A program made the position numbers and the translations under genes. Below are positions 9,689 through 24,600 of a stretch of DNA of 64,000 nt, piece after piece. The notes under the pieces were generated by a model. It searched no databases and was not told the DNA's origin. It saw nothing but the letters and a program-made list of their open reading frames with translations. The stretch's first letter is position 1. Every line of letters starts with the position of its first letter. Origin of the DNA: Eledone cirrhosa (lineage: Eukaryota); assembly GCA_964016885.1 (NCBI GenBank), contig OZ024741.1, forward strand, positions 302,126,001-302,190,000, read 5' to 3'.

Positions 9689-12600
9689 GTAAGATATTGC
9701 TTTTATTTTTATTCCATTACACAATAATCATTATTTGTAAGTTCATTCCTCTTCAGACTAAAAGCAATTCTAATGATAAAATACACGGTTTTGTGACCGC
9801 TAACCCTGCATTTATTTGATAACACGTTTACAATAGAATAAAATATGATGTGATGTAATAATCAGATTAGGAACCATGTATTCGGTATTTTTATACCTGC
9901 TTGTTACCTGTTATCTTAGCCGGAGACACTTAATGTGTAAAATTTCACTGCGAGATTAAATACATATGAGTATGATAGGGTATATTTATTTATTTATTCA
10001 TAACCCCTGCTGTAAATAAATGTTTACTCTAGCAAATACATAATTTATAATGTGTGTGTGAACAGGACTGAATAAATGTCTTAAAAAGTGGGCTAAATCC
10101 ATCAAAAAACAGTCACGCCACATAGACTCCACCAAAAACAAAACTATTTCGCAATCCCAGCTCTGTAAAACGAGGTTTCACTTTACGAACTGCACCATCT
10201 GTGTCGATTTTCAGATCCAATCTGAAGATATTTCTTCTCAGGAAATACCACCTTCAAAATCTTAGGGCTAGGTGTATAAATGAATGAAAGATTAGGGCGC
10301 CTATGAACATTCTTTCGTTTTAATAGATTTATGGCGCAATATAAGTGCTTTATTATCATTATTATACTTCGTCTTCCTTGTGCCAAAAGTAGAAACAATT
10401 ATTATACTTCGTCTTCGGAAGATTCCAGACATTATTGGATGGCTAGGTAAACGATCCGATAGCTATTTATTTCTTATGTTCTGACTCAGCAGGTAACCGT
10501 ATGTGGCTAGTTCTGATAAAATGGTTCTACACCGGTGCCAGAAATATCTCTCTTTATAAAACAAATCTCCTTGTTAGTATTGGAACACGGTTTAAGGATA
10601 TGCTCTAGCACGTCATAAAATTTCAAAGAATGTCTTCGGTTCTGTTATAAACTACGAATTATAAACAATTTGTAATGTTATTAATACAACTGTGAATAAT
10701 AAAATCTTAGTATATTTACATGAGTCATTTCTATAATCCAATCAATATGCCTATACTCTAAAAGAAAACTACGAATAACATTTTGGATTGACCAGAAATA
10801 ACTATGATCATTCTCTTCTTCGGGCTAAATAATAAATAAATAAGATGAAATCGCTTTAAAGCTATCACTTCAATTCTGGAATAGTTGGGATGATTAAGTG
10901 TGCAATACAGTAGCATCTCTTTGTTTAAATATGGCTGTTAAGAATAAACACCAGCGCTTGTCTAGTTTCGCACCTCACCTAACAATTTCTACCTTTTACA
11001 TTTTCTCCCTTTCAATACCAAACCGCCCGAAACCATCCCAGATTTTATGATACAAAGTTGTGTATATTTATTGAAAAACCTATCGTAATTTGACGTAAGT
11101 CGTTTGTTATGTTCCAAACAACAGCTTAAAAGGAGATCTTGATTATTTTCTTCGTTAGAAATATGGTAACGAAAGAAGATACAAAATTTCTTAAACAATT
11201 GTAAAGTAACATAAGTTATAGATTGATATCGTCAGCATCAGCCATCTCTAAAAATATGCTTTGTTAAAATTATTTGCTTAACCCTTTCGTGACAATATTT
11301 CTAATGAAATACACTCTTGTATTTCAATTCATTAGTGGAGAATTTTGAGGGATTTGCAAAAATAATTTATTATTTCATTACTAAGATAGTAACTTAATGT
11401 AAGGTTCTCATATAAAATTATGTTGGACAATTTTAATTCAAATTGTAAACCTTTAAATTGGGTGGTTTTATTTCATAGAACCAGAGCTGGTTTGGGATTG
11501 GTTTGTAACTAAAGGGTTAATTTGTTTGCTCTGATCATTGATGAAATGTTTTAAAAACGTGTGTGGGAGCTAACATAAGTACCTTGTTATTTAGCTTTTG
11601 CTTCCTAACAATTGTTTTTTTCTTAATATATATATATGTATATATGTGAGTAGGTGTATATATGTGTGTGTGTGTATATATATATATTTTTTTTAGGGTA
11701 ATCATGTTGACTAATAGGAGTTGCGTATGCAATGCACCAATCAATGAATAATGATGCAATTCACTTGAAGCACTCAATGTCATGTATTTTCTTCCAAATA
11801 TGATTTGACAGAGTATATGTAGAATAAGGAAAATGCAATGTTCGGTGTATTGTGAAGAAGTCCTTTATTAACAAAGCTGCGATACGTATTTCAATGACAA
11901 TTGTGGTTACATGATTGTTCAGTCACACAATATCATCAGACACCATCTTATGTATTGAGATTGCGTTTCCAAGGCGATCCAATCTAAAGATAAAGGGACA
12001 GAGATGATGTTTTCCTAGCTGAAGTCCATTCTGTGTGCGTGTGTGTGTGTGTATGTATATATATATATATATATATAGCATTTCGGCAACTATTTCCGAA
12101 GGCGGCCGGGCCTTCGGAAATAGTTGCCGAAATGCTGAAAGCATCTGGAACGGTGGGACACACTATGGTCACCCGGATAGTAAACCAAGTCATACAGAAT
12201 GGGCTCATTCCGAAGGACTGGCGCAGCAGCATCATCATTAACTGCTACAAGGGTAAAGGTGATGCCCTAGATAGGGGAAACTATAGAGGCATTAAATTAA
12301 TTGACCAGGTCATGAAGGTCACAGAAAAAGTAATAGCGCAACTAATCAGAGAGAGAATTGATCTAGACGAAATGCAGTTCGGGTTTGTGTCAGGTAAAAG
12401 TACAACAGACGCTCTTTTCATTGTACGACAACTACAGGAGAAGTACCTTGCTAAAAGTAAACCCCAATACTTAGCTTTTGTTGACTTGGAGAAAGCCTTT
12501 GACAGAGTACCCCGCTCGATTATCTGGTGGGCTCTTAGAAAACTAGGTGTTGATGAATGGCTTGTGAGAGCTATACAAGCCATGTATAAAGAAACAATCA

Positions 12601-15600
12601 GCAAGGTTAGAATTAACAACGAATATAGTGAAGAGTTTAGCGTAAAAGTTGGTGTTCATCAGGGCTCCGTCCTTAGCCTCCTACTATTTATTATTGCCCT
12701 TCAGGCTATAACAGAGGAGTTCAAGACCGGCTGCCCATGGGAACTCCTATATGCAGATGATCTAACGCTCATAGCTGAATCAATGGCTGAACTAGAGAAG
12801 AAATTCCAAACATGGAAGCATGGCCTAGAATCAAAAGGCCTTAAAGTTAACTTGTCTAAGACTAAAGTTCTAGTTTGTAGGAAGGAAAATAGGGCACCGG
12901 TCCCATCTGGGAAATGGCCAGGCTAAGTGTGTAGGAAATGCAAAGTATGGGTACATAAAAGATGTAGTGGGATCACAGGTAAGCTAACTAAGAATATAGA
13001 TTTTATATGTGGCCAGTGCTCTGGTGCAATAAGTAGCAGCAAGTGCCCACAGAATACTAACTCATTGCATTGCACAGATGGTTCTATAGAAATAGTGGAC
13101 AGCTTCCGTTACCTGGGTGACAAAATCAGCAGTGGGGGAGGGTGCTCTGAAAGTACAGTAGCTAGAGTCAGAACGGGATGGAAAAAGTTCAGAGAGCTTA
13201 TACCACTATTGGCCGCTAAAGGGTTCTCTCTAAAAATGAAAGGCAGGCTGTATGATGCCTGCATACGAACAGCAATGTTACATGGCAGTGAGACCTGGGC
13301 ATTGTGTGCAGAGGATATACGCAGACTGGAGAGAAACGAAGCTTGCATGCTCCGCTGGATGTGTAATAGTAATATACGTGAACAGCAAAGCATAAACGAA
13401 CTAAGGGAGAAATTAGAAATAAGAGGGATCAGATATTGTTTACTCGAGAGAAGACTACGTTGGTATGGTCACGTGATGCGCATGAAAGACGATAGCTGTA
13501 TAAAAAAGTGCAGGGCAATAAAAATAGGCGGTAGCCACGGAGTAGGCAGACCCAGAAAAACCTGGGACAACTTGATAAATTCCGACCTCACACACTTACA
13601 CCTCTCCAAGACAATGTCACTGGACCGAGATCTTTGGTGCTACACAGTAATAGAGAAGACCCGCCTTACCTAAGTGCAAAGTGAAACCTACTACAGTCAG
13701 TAGGCACCTCTAACAAAATACACCCCCGTCCCACTACCCCCACCCCATCCCTTTCAATGTAAAGTTATGTTGGTACCACAACATCCAGCCCAAAACAAAT
13801 GAGGTCGTGTAGGTGTCACGACAAAAAAACACACAGTCCACGCTGTAATGTGGCCGTGTAGGTAACACGGTAAAAACCTCCCAGTTCCACACTGTAAATG
13901 TGGTTGGTGTTAGGAAGGGCATCCAACTGTAGAAAACCCGCCAGACAGTCCTATGCGAGCGTGGAATATGGACGTTAAACGATGATGATGATATATATAT
14001 ATGTGTGTGTAGTTCAAGGAAACGAGAAAACAGGTACAAAAAGTCTTATTAGTTTGACGCTTTATATGGAAAAGGGGAAAGAAAGAGAGTCAGGTTCGCA
14101 AAGGATAGATACAGAAAATAAAAGCTAGTCTAAGTAATATATATATATATAATAATAATAATAATAATAAATGTGAAGACTAAATTGCAAAGAGGGCTCG
14201 ATAAGGATAAATATATATCAAATATATCTGCATTCACAGATTGATTTTTTTTTTTTTTCACGTTCAGAAGATCCCGTTAAGGGTGAAAGCACCGATTCTT
14301 TGCTTAAATTTTAATCTGTTATTTTAATAAATATATATATATATATTGTATATATATGTATTTATAGATCTTACTTACCTGTAGCTAATGTATGGGATTT
14401 GCTGCAAAAAGTAAAAAAGGGTCTTCTGACTAAGCCATGAAAGAAAAAAATAATGGCCACTTCCAGCAGACAATAATGATAATAATTTGTTTCTACTTTT
14501 GGCACAAGGCCAGCAGTTATCCCAGTGCATTAATGGTGCTTTATTTTATCGGCCCCTAATAATAATAAAAGCTATAATGCCAACACAGAAAAGTGATTTT
14601 TCGGGGGGGGGGGGGGTCTTGGGAGGTCTGGGAGAAGAGACAGTGCCAATGGCTTTCACGGGCCCTCCACACCTAACTGTGGTTTAATCCCGAATTGCTT
14701 CTGTTTCAGCAGAGTTATAATGAAAAGCATTCCAACCATGACCAATTGTAGAGCAACTGTGTATGAGCTCTTTTATTGATTTGTTGGCTAAAATGTGTTA
14801 AGTGAACCATCAATTACTGCATTAATTTATGTAATGAAGTTGGCAAATAAGCAGACAATTTAGGGCCGAAAGAACCCTTTAGTCTTACCAAGGACATGAA
14901 AACCTCTTTAATGCTGGTGTCATAATAAAAATGCATCCACTGCTCTCTGTAAAGTGGTAGTGCTAATGCCATAATAAAATGTACACAATACACCCTGCAA
15001 AGTGGTAGTGCTGTGCTATAATAGAATGTACACAATACACTCTGTAAAGGGTTGATGTTAGGAAGAGCATCCAACTGTAGAAACCATGCTGGAAAAGTGG
15101 AATGAACATGTGAAATGTGATCCTCCAACCTGTCTAGGATGGTAACTCCAAATAGCCTGAATTCTTACTGTGATGACCTATCCAACCCATGCCAGCATGG
15201 AAAATAGACATAAAGTTATGATGATATCCTAAATTTGTGGAACATTCTCAGCCAGAAGTATTTACAAGTTTTTCAATAGTTTGACATATATGATATCCAA
15301 ACAAATTTAACAAAATGTGAACTGAACTAACTAGGAAACCTATGCAACCTGCTAGAAATAATAACCAAATTTCTTTAAATCACATATTCATCATCATGAG
15401 TTGGACAGGGCTTCACTAACACAGTCTCCTTCCATTTGTTGCATTCATTTGTCATTTCTACAAAGTTCTGTGTTTTGAGATTCACTCACCCCACTGGAAA
15501 CTCCTGGCACTTCTTCACCAAGCATTCATCTTAAAAGGGGAAGGAGACATTGGATAATGTAGGTTGGAACTGGTCATGGGTGGAGCTGCAATTAAAAAAA

Positions 15601-18600
15601 TGCTAAGTAAATGCTGAAACAATGGATTAGACCTGGTCATTGGGTGGGGATAAATTAAAGTAATAAATTAGCAGAATTAGATTAAATGTCTCAGTTTTAG
15701 TTCAGCTCACTACACTCAAATCCTGCCACTGTCTTTCTTCCTTTTGGAGTCAATAAAGTACCAGTCCTGAGGCAATGGATGTGTGGAATAGTTAAAGAGT
15801 TGAATGAGATGCCGTGCTGTATCTATTCTGGCTATGTGAGTTCAGAGTTCAAATACCACCTGCTGTCACTGGAAAAATAATGACAAATCCCAACTCCTTC
15901 TACCAGGTGCTGCAATTAGCAGGTAGTATCAGCTATGAAAAATCTAATGAAAACACTTTCCGTTATTCAATTGGACAATCCGCACCTTCCCTTTTTTAAA
16001 TTTAAACATCACCACCAAAATATAAATGATTTTGAAACTAGTTGGATTTTTTTTTTTTTGTTTTTTGTTTTTTGTTTTTTTTTGTTTTATAAAATAACTA
16101 CTAGAATTGTAATATAAATATTATAAGGCAACCTCTTTAGTGCCGGTGCCATGAAAAATGCACTCATGCACTCTAAGCTGGTTGGTGATAGGAAGGAGAT
16201 TCAGCTGTAGAAACCATACTGAATAAGGGTTGAGAGGACTCTTCAGTTGTGTCAAAGACATGTAAACCTTTTTAGTACTGTTACCATCATTAAAAAATGT
16301 ACCCGATGCACACTGTAGACTACAAGGAACATATGTAAGCGAGATGTGACCACCAGCCCCTCTGGATATTAAATAAAAATAATGATAATGAAGATTAGAC
16401 ATTATAAGCACCAATATAATGTAGACAAGGGCAAGAAGCCAAATGACAATGTACATTCAGTTGTTTAACCCTTTAGCATTTACATTATATTTACTATTGT
16501 ATTTTCATGGTAAAGGCTTTACCTCACATAATATCAAATCTATGAGATTTTAATATCATTTATTTTGAAAACAATAACTTAACATCAGTATGAGTGGCCG
16601 GTTACAGCCAGTTTGAATAGAAAGAGGTGAGAGAATTTTGGCCAGAAATGGCCGGTTTAAATACTAAAGGGTTAATCAACTGAATATCTAACTCATCAAA
16701 TAAACATATACATGGCTAAGTATTCCTCAGGCACATATACCCTTAACATAATTCCCAAGTCAAATCAACATTACAAAATTACAATATGTGCCAGGGTTGA
16801 ATCTTTTAATTACAGGTACAATCCCTCCAACAGGCTTCCACACAGATTCTGTCTACCCAGTTTCCCTCACAAGACATGGATCGATCAGGAGTTACGATAA
16901 AAAAACTTACCCAAGGTGACATGCGATAGAGTTGAACCCAAAATCTCATGATTGTCAAGCGAACTTCTTAACCACTTAGCCATATTTGCATCTAGATAAC
17001 TATTGCTTTCCATTCAACTGTGTTACTGGTTACATTGGTAACACTAAGTGGTTGACGGATTATCTTGCAGTGATAAAATAGTGCAACTACAGAAGCAACA
17101 GCAACAAATGTTTTAAGGCCATTTGCCATGCTAAAGCAAAGGTTAGGCCCCATGACAAATTTCTCTATCATACTTTATAGTCTGCATCCCATCTCAACAC
17201 AACTGATGAGTCTTCCCAATCCTTTGTTTGGCAAATTTTCTATGGCTTGTAATATATATTGTTTTGTTTTATTTTCAGAAGTAATGGTTTTCAAGAAAAA
17301 TGTAAAATTCAAGACCATTCCAATTTTGTGTCAGCCTTGTGTGTGATTCCATCTAGTATGTCACAGGAGGGTGTGATTATTACCGGCAGTAACGATAAAT
17401 CAATTATCGTGTATGACATAGAAACATTTCAAAAGCTTTATAAGCTAACTGGTCATGAAGGAACTGGTACTTATTTCATTATTTCATTTTATTTTTTCAA
17501 AGTTTAATCATTATTGGAAGGCAATGTCCATGACTCTTTTGGGGGCCTCAAGACTGAAGGGTGGGAGAAAGGTATCCTCAAAATAAAGACCATTTCAAAA
17601 TGTTTGCAACTGAGTGGCCTCCTCTAAATTCCCCGCATGGCCAGGTACTGGTATTAACTCTTTCACGACCATATTTCTAATGAAAAACACTATTGCTTTT
17701 GAAATAACCAAGAATTTGAAGGATTTAGGAATGTAACACACTTTCTCCTTATTAAACTGGTATTTAATAATAATAATAATGAAATTATTGTGTACAGTGC
17801 TCAGGTGCACTACAACTCATCAAAGGTGCATGTATAGTACATAGAATAATGTACAAATGTCAGGAAAATGAACAGTGTATGAGTCATGATATAATAATAA
17901 AAACAATAATGAAATATTGTGTACAGTGCCCAGGTGCACCACAACTCATCAAAAAAGTGCATGTACAGTACATAGGGCAATGCACAAACATCAGTAAAAT
18001 GAACAGTGCACAAGTCATGATACACACATGTGTGCATGTGTATGGAAGGGGTACATCAGGTGTAGTTTTGGCGTATTTCGGGAAGCATGAGTGTCTTAAA
18101 GGATGCAGTGTCTCGGCAGCTAACAATTGAAGCAGGCAGTTTGTTCCATGCTTCAGCAACTCTGAGCGTGAAAAAATGTCTACGAAAGTCATGGGAGCTG
18201 TGCTGTTTTCTGATCTTGTAGGCATGTCCACGTGTGTTAGACACATGGAGATCAAAGAGGCGCTCAGGGTTGCAATTGGCGAGATGGTTAAAAACTTTGT
18301 GGGTATTCACCAAGTCCATTGCCAGACGTCGGAGCTTCAATGAATCCATGCCCAGGGAAGCAAGGCGTTCAGAGTATGGTAGGTGTCTGATGGAGGGTAT
18401 GCGCTTGGTTGCACGTCTCTGAACAGTTTCCAGGAGGTCAATGTTCTGAGCAAGATAGGGGTTCCAGACTGATGATGCGAATTCCAAGTGTGGTCGTACC
18501 ATAGCTGTATACAGTTTTAAATAGATGGCTGGAGAGCGGCTAACAAAAGTCTTGCTGAGTGATGCCAAGACACCCTCGGCCTTCTTGACAATCTTAGAGA

Positions 18601-21600
18601 CATGCTTTGTCCAGCACAAATCGTTGCTGACAGTAATGCCCAGGTCACGTTCACAAGAGGACTTTTTGATATCAGTGTTGTGGAGGGAGTATGTGGACGC
18701 TGGATTTTTCCTTCCAAAATGCATGGTGGTACACTTGTCCACAGCCAGCTTCAGTTGCCAGTCTGTGATCCATTGCTGCATTGTGTCCAGGTCTGATTGT
18801 AGGAAAGAGTTGTAAATTTCAGGATCAGTCCTTTTGATTTCAAGGTACAGCTTGATGTCATCTGCATATTTCAGTACCGTGGCATTCTGTAAGTTGGCAT
18901 CTATGTCATTAATATATGCCACAAACAAAAGAGGACCAAGAACAGATCCCTGTGGTACACCAGATGACATCTCATATGGTGAAGAATGCTGTCCTAGAAC
19001 CGTGACTACTTCTTTTCGGCTGAGAATGAAGGATTTCAACCAGTCGAAAAGATCATCCCTCACACCCATTGCAGAGAGTTTTGCCATAAGTCTTTTGTGT
19101 GGTACAGAATTAAAAGCCTTAGCAAAGTCAAGGTAAACAACATCCACCCATGAGCCGCTGTCAGTGATCCGGGTGATGTCCTCAAGGAACTCGATAAGCT
19201 GATCACAGCAGCTGGAGTTGGGGATAAATCCAAACTGTGAGGGCCGGATGAGGCTGTGAGAGCTCCAGAAGTTCCAAAGTGTTTCTCTGACACAGGATTC
19301 CATCAGTTTGGCCATACAGCTAGTAAGACTGACTGGACGATAGTTGACAGGTGACATGCGGTTGCCCTTTTTGAACAAGGGAATGACACTGGCAGTTTTC
19401 CACTGCTCCGGAGTAGCACCATTGTTGAGACAGTATTGAAAGAAGAAAGAAAGCTGGCGCAAAAGGAAATACCCGCCACGTTTGAGAAGCAGGTATGTCA
19501 CACCATCAAGACCAGGGGAGGCATAGTTGCGCTTATTCTTAAGGTGACGTCGCAACATTGCAGGTGTAAATTCCATAGTTGTTATGGAATTTGATGTTAG
19601 AGATGGTGGAGATGGTACATTCTGGTTTTCAACAGTAAAAATACTTGCATAGCACTCAGCAATGAGTTCTGCGCATTCCTTGGGATCGTCAGTGATCTGG
19701 CTTGTGTGGGGATTGCGAAGAGGACCAACTGGAGAGTGAGGTCTCTGCTTTGAATGAACATATTTCCAGAACACCTTACTGTCAGGATTGGTTGCGATGC
19801 ACTGTTCAAATTCAAGCACTGCTTTCTTTGTCACTTGCTTGAGATGGTTAGAAGATTTATTCCGCTTTTTTCTGTTTGCATCTGATTTATGCAGTTTATA
19901 TTCCCGTTCAGCGTTCCGACGTTCTTTCCTGGCAAGTCGGACCGCTGAAGTTTCCCAGATTGCACTTTTGGGGTGGTTATTTATTTATTTATGTTTTTTT
20001 TTCCATAATTTAACAAAGGTTCTTACATAAAATCATGATGGAAGGTTTTTAAAAAATATAAATATTTTAAAAAGAACAGTTTTGTCCCAAAGCAGTTTTA
20101 GGTGATCTGGTACCAAAAGGGTTAGACTAGGTGACAGATTAAGTTTAACACCCAAATAGAATATAGTGAGATTTGAACTGAAACAAATACTGCAAGGCTC
20201 TAACAAGTTTGCCAATCAACCACCCTAGACTGTTACTTTATTTTAGCAGCTCTAATAGATTATAGGACAAAATTGACCTCGGATTGATTAAACCAAGAAC
20301 AAATACCATAAAGCATCTTGTCTGATGCTTTAATGACTGTTCCAATTTGCTGCCTATGAGGCTTTATAAAACAATTTTCTTACTAGTTGTACCATTAATT
20401 GAGACTCTGGATGACTAAGTTGATAAGGGGCCAGACAAGCAGCCAAGAAATTACCAATTCTTATCCTAATATTAAAAGGGCATCCAGCTGTAGAAACCAT
20501 ACCAAAAATAGACTGAGAGGACTTTTCAGTTGTGCCATGATAAAATGCAGCCAGTACACTATGTAAAGTGGTTGGTGATATGAAGAGCATCCAGCCATAG
20601 AAAACTTGCCAAATAAAGTGTCGAGAAGACCCTTCAGTTGTGTCAAAGATGTCACAACCTCTTTAGTGCTGGTGCCACAATAAAATGCACCCAGAGTGTA
20701 GGAATATATGTAAGCAAGATGCAACATCCAACCCATCTGAGAGATCTGTGGCAACCTATCTAACCTATGTTAGCAAGGAAATGGACTTTAAATGATGATG
20801 ATTATACTACACTGTGTCCATTGCTAACACATAACCAAATCAACCCTGTTGTAAATAGATAATACAGGACAGGAACAACTTGCTACAGTAAGCAGTGGTA
20901 GCTCTGTAAAATGAATAAATGGCATGGCATAGCTTTGCAGGTAAACAGAAACTGTGAAGAAGATTGTTGGTTGTATTGGATCTATTCTTGGATTGTACAC
21001 CTCTCGGCTGGCCCTGAGATGCCTTTAGTGGAGTCCACTCTGTTGCAAGCATTCAAATTAGGTCTTCGAATTTGAGAACTGTTATCTTGATGTGTTACTT
21101 CTAACTGCATCAACTTAAGAGTCCTGGTTTGAAGCTGTGAACCTTTATTCACACAAGACTCTAACATCATTACTAACTATACTTTAACTTTTCCTATTTC
21201 TGGAGTTGACAAAATAAGGAGCAAAGTATTGGGATTGAAATCTATATATAAATTTGAGCGACTTCTGTCCTTCACACAATAAGTGTGTGTAAAAGGAAGG
21301 AAGCGATGGTGAAAAAACTATTGCAAAACAGCAGCTGGTGGTCCATTTGCTATGCTGTGAGTGTATTTTTGTAAGTGTCTCTGTCTTTGCGTGTTTATAT
21401 TATATACTCATACATATAAATGTATGCATCTGCACATACCCATGCGTCAGCATGTTGGAAAAATTTCTAGTAATCATATTAAACTCTGAAAGGCAGTGCC
21501 CTGGTGTAGTGACAGCCCAATGATAGAAACCAGTAAACAAACTTTAAATGTTTTGTCACTAAGCATTTCAATTTTTCTTAATTTCAGTGTGCACTCTGAC

Positions 21601-24600
21601 TTCTGGAAAATCTGGTGCAATTATCAGTGGTTCTTGGGACAAAACTGCTAAAGTATGGATACAAAAACAGTGTACCATGACTCTTGAAGGTATGGACTAG
21701 TATATCATAATGTTGAATGGTTAACTTTCAGTAGTTATCTGAAATATTACTCTTAAAAGACTTCCATTAGTCAAGCTTGATTATGTATCTGCACCGAGAA
21801 AGTTCCTAAAATCCTGGAGGATTGTTTTGGGGCTCTTTTTTTTTTTGTAGGATCTGTGTACCAAGTCTTCTCTATGCACAAAATCAATTAACCATTGTTA
21901 AGGTAACTGATACTGTTTGACACCCGTGTCATCACAGACAAATCCAGAATGTAAAAACCCTGAACAAACACCACAAACCATCTTGCCCAACATTCTCACA
22001 ATTTCACCAATCTGTCCCCTTCCATTGGTATTTTTCAGGTCATGAAGCAGCTGTATGGGTTGTGAGGTATCTTTCTGCCCTTGATCTTTTGCTCTCTGGT
22101 TCTGCAGACAAAACAATACGTGTGTGGAAAGGTGCTAAATGTGAATTAGTTATAACAGGTAAGTATCATATTTGCTTTCATTAGCAAGTAAACAATGCAC
22201 TCCAAATCTAACCCCTTTTTCTTACCAAACTCTTCAATTTTCTCCCTCACCACCCTCTCTCTCCCTCTGGTCAAACTCTTGAGCCATGTAAGGATATCTA
22301 TCTACTGCTAACACCTGTTCCATGTCGGTCTTAGGATAACATGGACATAGTAATATCTGCAATAATTTCTAGACAGTGACCAGATATGGCTGTCTTTTGT
22401 TAAATGTGTCTTTCCATAGATTGTCTCTTTGATTAGGCTGCAATCTTAGATCAAGCTGAGGCCGCTGAGGCCAAGGATGGACATCATGTAAGTGGAATAT
22501 TGCCAGAAGCTCCCAACCCTCTGCCACCCAAACAATGAGGATTGGAAACATTAACCCTTGCATTCTAAAGATGGTTACTGGCAGGTGTTGTCAAAGATGC
22601 CATGGGAGAATATTCTGGATGTGTCAACAGACCCTTGAATTATAGATACAGAAAAATCTACCAAAGAGTCGAGAAGACTTTTCAGTTATGTCAAAGACAT
22701 GACAACTTCCCTAGTGTTGGTTCCATGATAAAATGCACTTGGTAGAGCATGGAATCATATGTTGGGCCCCCTAGCCCTCTTGAAGGCCAGAGGTTCTGCT
22801 TGAGTACTGACCAGTCTGTAACAAATTGTCCAGCTCTTGCTAGAATGGAAAACAAACATTAAACGATGATGAGGAGGAGGAATACAGAGAGAGAAAGAGA
22901 AATATTACCTCCACTGACTTTTCTGGATAACTTTCTGGTTGGCAATCATGGGCAACATCTAAAAGTTGTTGGCCTGGTAGGGCTATAGGGAAGCATTACC
23001 AGTTCAAATAAATTCCTTGGACATGTGATGCGTATGAAGGATGATAGCTGCATAAAAAGGTGCAGAGCACTAGAAGTCGATGGAAGCCGCGGAGTGGGGA
23101 GACCCAAGAAGACCTGGGATGAGGTGATAAAAGCCAACCTTACCCAATTGCACATCTCAAAGGCAATGACACACGATCATGACCTCTGGCGTCACGTAAT
23201 ACATATGACGCGACTTCCCATGAGTACAAGCCGAAGCTGAAGCATATAGACAATATGCCCCCACCCCCTCCCACTGTAAAGTGGACGTGTAGGCGCCACG
23301 GAAAAAAACACCCAGCACTCACTGTAAATGAGGTTGGTGTTAGGAAGGGCATTCAGTTGTAGAGATCAAGTCAGAATCAGTTCCCGAATGAGCAAGACAA
23401 GGTCAGCCGACTGGACACTGCCCATAACAGGACAACCCGTCTAACCCATGCTAGCGTGGAAGAACGTACGTAAAACGGTGATAATGAAGATGATGATGAC
23501 ATCAATGTCGCCAGACAAGTCTTTGAAATCCACAGATAGCCGCAATTTTTTCTCAGTACACTAGTTCAGTATCCAAGGAATACTGACATTTGGAATTTTT
23601 TCAATTACCTACAATCACATCTAATGTGTATCTAGCTATCTTTCAAGTTCACTTTAAAGATCACTTGCTACCTTCCTTTAGCATGGATATGCAGGCTATT
23701 TTCCTAGGTCTAATGGCTATGGTGAAACAGAGATAGGGGTGGTCAAATTCTCATCAGCTTTTACAAGCACCATGTGAAACAGAAGGTAATGGTGGAGAAG
23801 GAACTGTCGTCCTTTTGAAAATTTCCATAGGGTTGAGAAGACTCTTTAGTTGTGTTCCTTAGTGTTGATTTACGCAAAAAACACACCTATTACACCCTGT
23901 AAAGTGATTGGGGATAGGAAGGGCATCCAGCATTAGAAAAGTTGCCAAACAAAGGGTTAGGAAGACTCTTAAGCTGGGTCAAAGGCATGACAACCTCCTT
24001 AATGCTAGTGCCATGATAAAATGTACTTAGTAGGGTTCAGGAATGTATGTAAGCGAGATGTTGGCCTATCTGAGCAGTCAGTAGTTCTGCTTGATTACTT
24101 GTTAGCAGGGAAGACTGACATTAAATGATAGTGATGATGGTATATATATGATCATGACAACCTCCCTAGTGTTGGTGCCACAACAAAATGTATTCAGTAG
24201 AGTGTGCGATCATATAACAGACATTAAAACAACAATGATGATGAATGTATGTATGTTGCGATTTGTAGTCCACCATGCAAACATGCCCATGCAAGCACCT
24301 AGACCACACTGTAAAGTGATTGTGTAGGTATCACAGTAAAAAGCGCCCAGCCCACACTGTAAAGTGTTCGTTTAAGTATCACAACAAAAAGCACCCAGTA
24401 CACACTGTAAATGTGGTTGGTATTAGGTAGGACATCCAGCTGTAGAAACCAATCTAGAACCAGTTCTGTATCAGCAAGACTTGGTCACTTGTTCTGACTT
24501 GTCTCACAATAAGACAATTCATCTAACCCATACTAGCATGAAAAATTGATGTTAAACACTGATGATGATGATGATATATGTATTTATATGACTTTGAAGT

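Noticed and set aside
10222-10250. CUGAAGA followed by a hairpin
   Set aside because: There is no GAAA after the stem and no stems I or III, so it is not a hammerhead.
12033-12076. N-terminus [15 protein letters not shown] of the 297-aa ORF (likewise the N-terminus of ORF 30627-32054)
   Set aside because: It is translation of flanking microsatellite or unrelated DNA, not part of the LINE protein.
18234-20030. Several + strand ORFs over the CR1, and antisense ORFs over both RTE copies
   Set aside because: They are shadow frames of RT coding sequence with no independent motifs.
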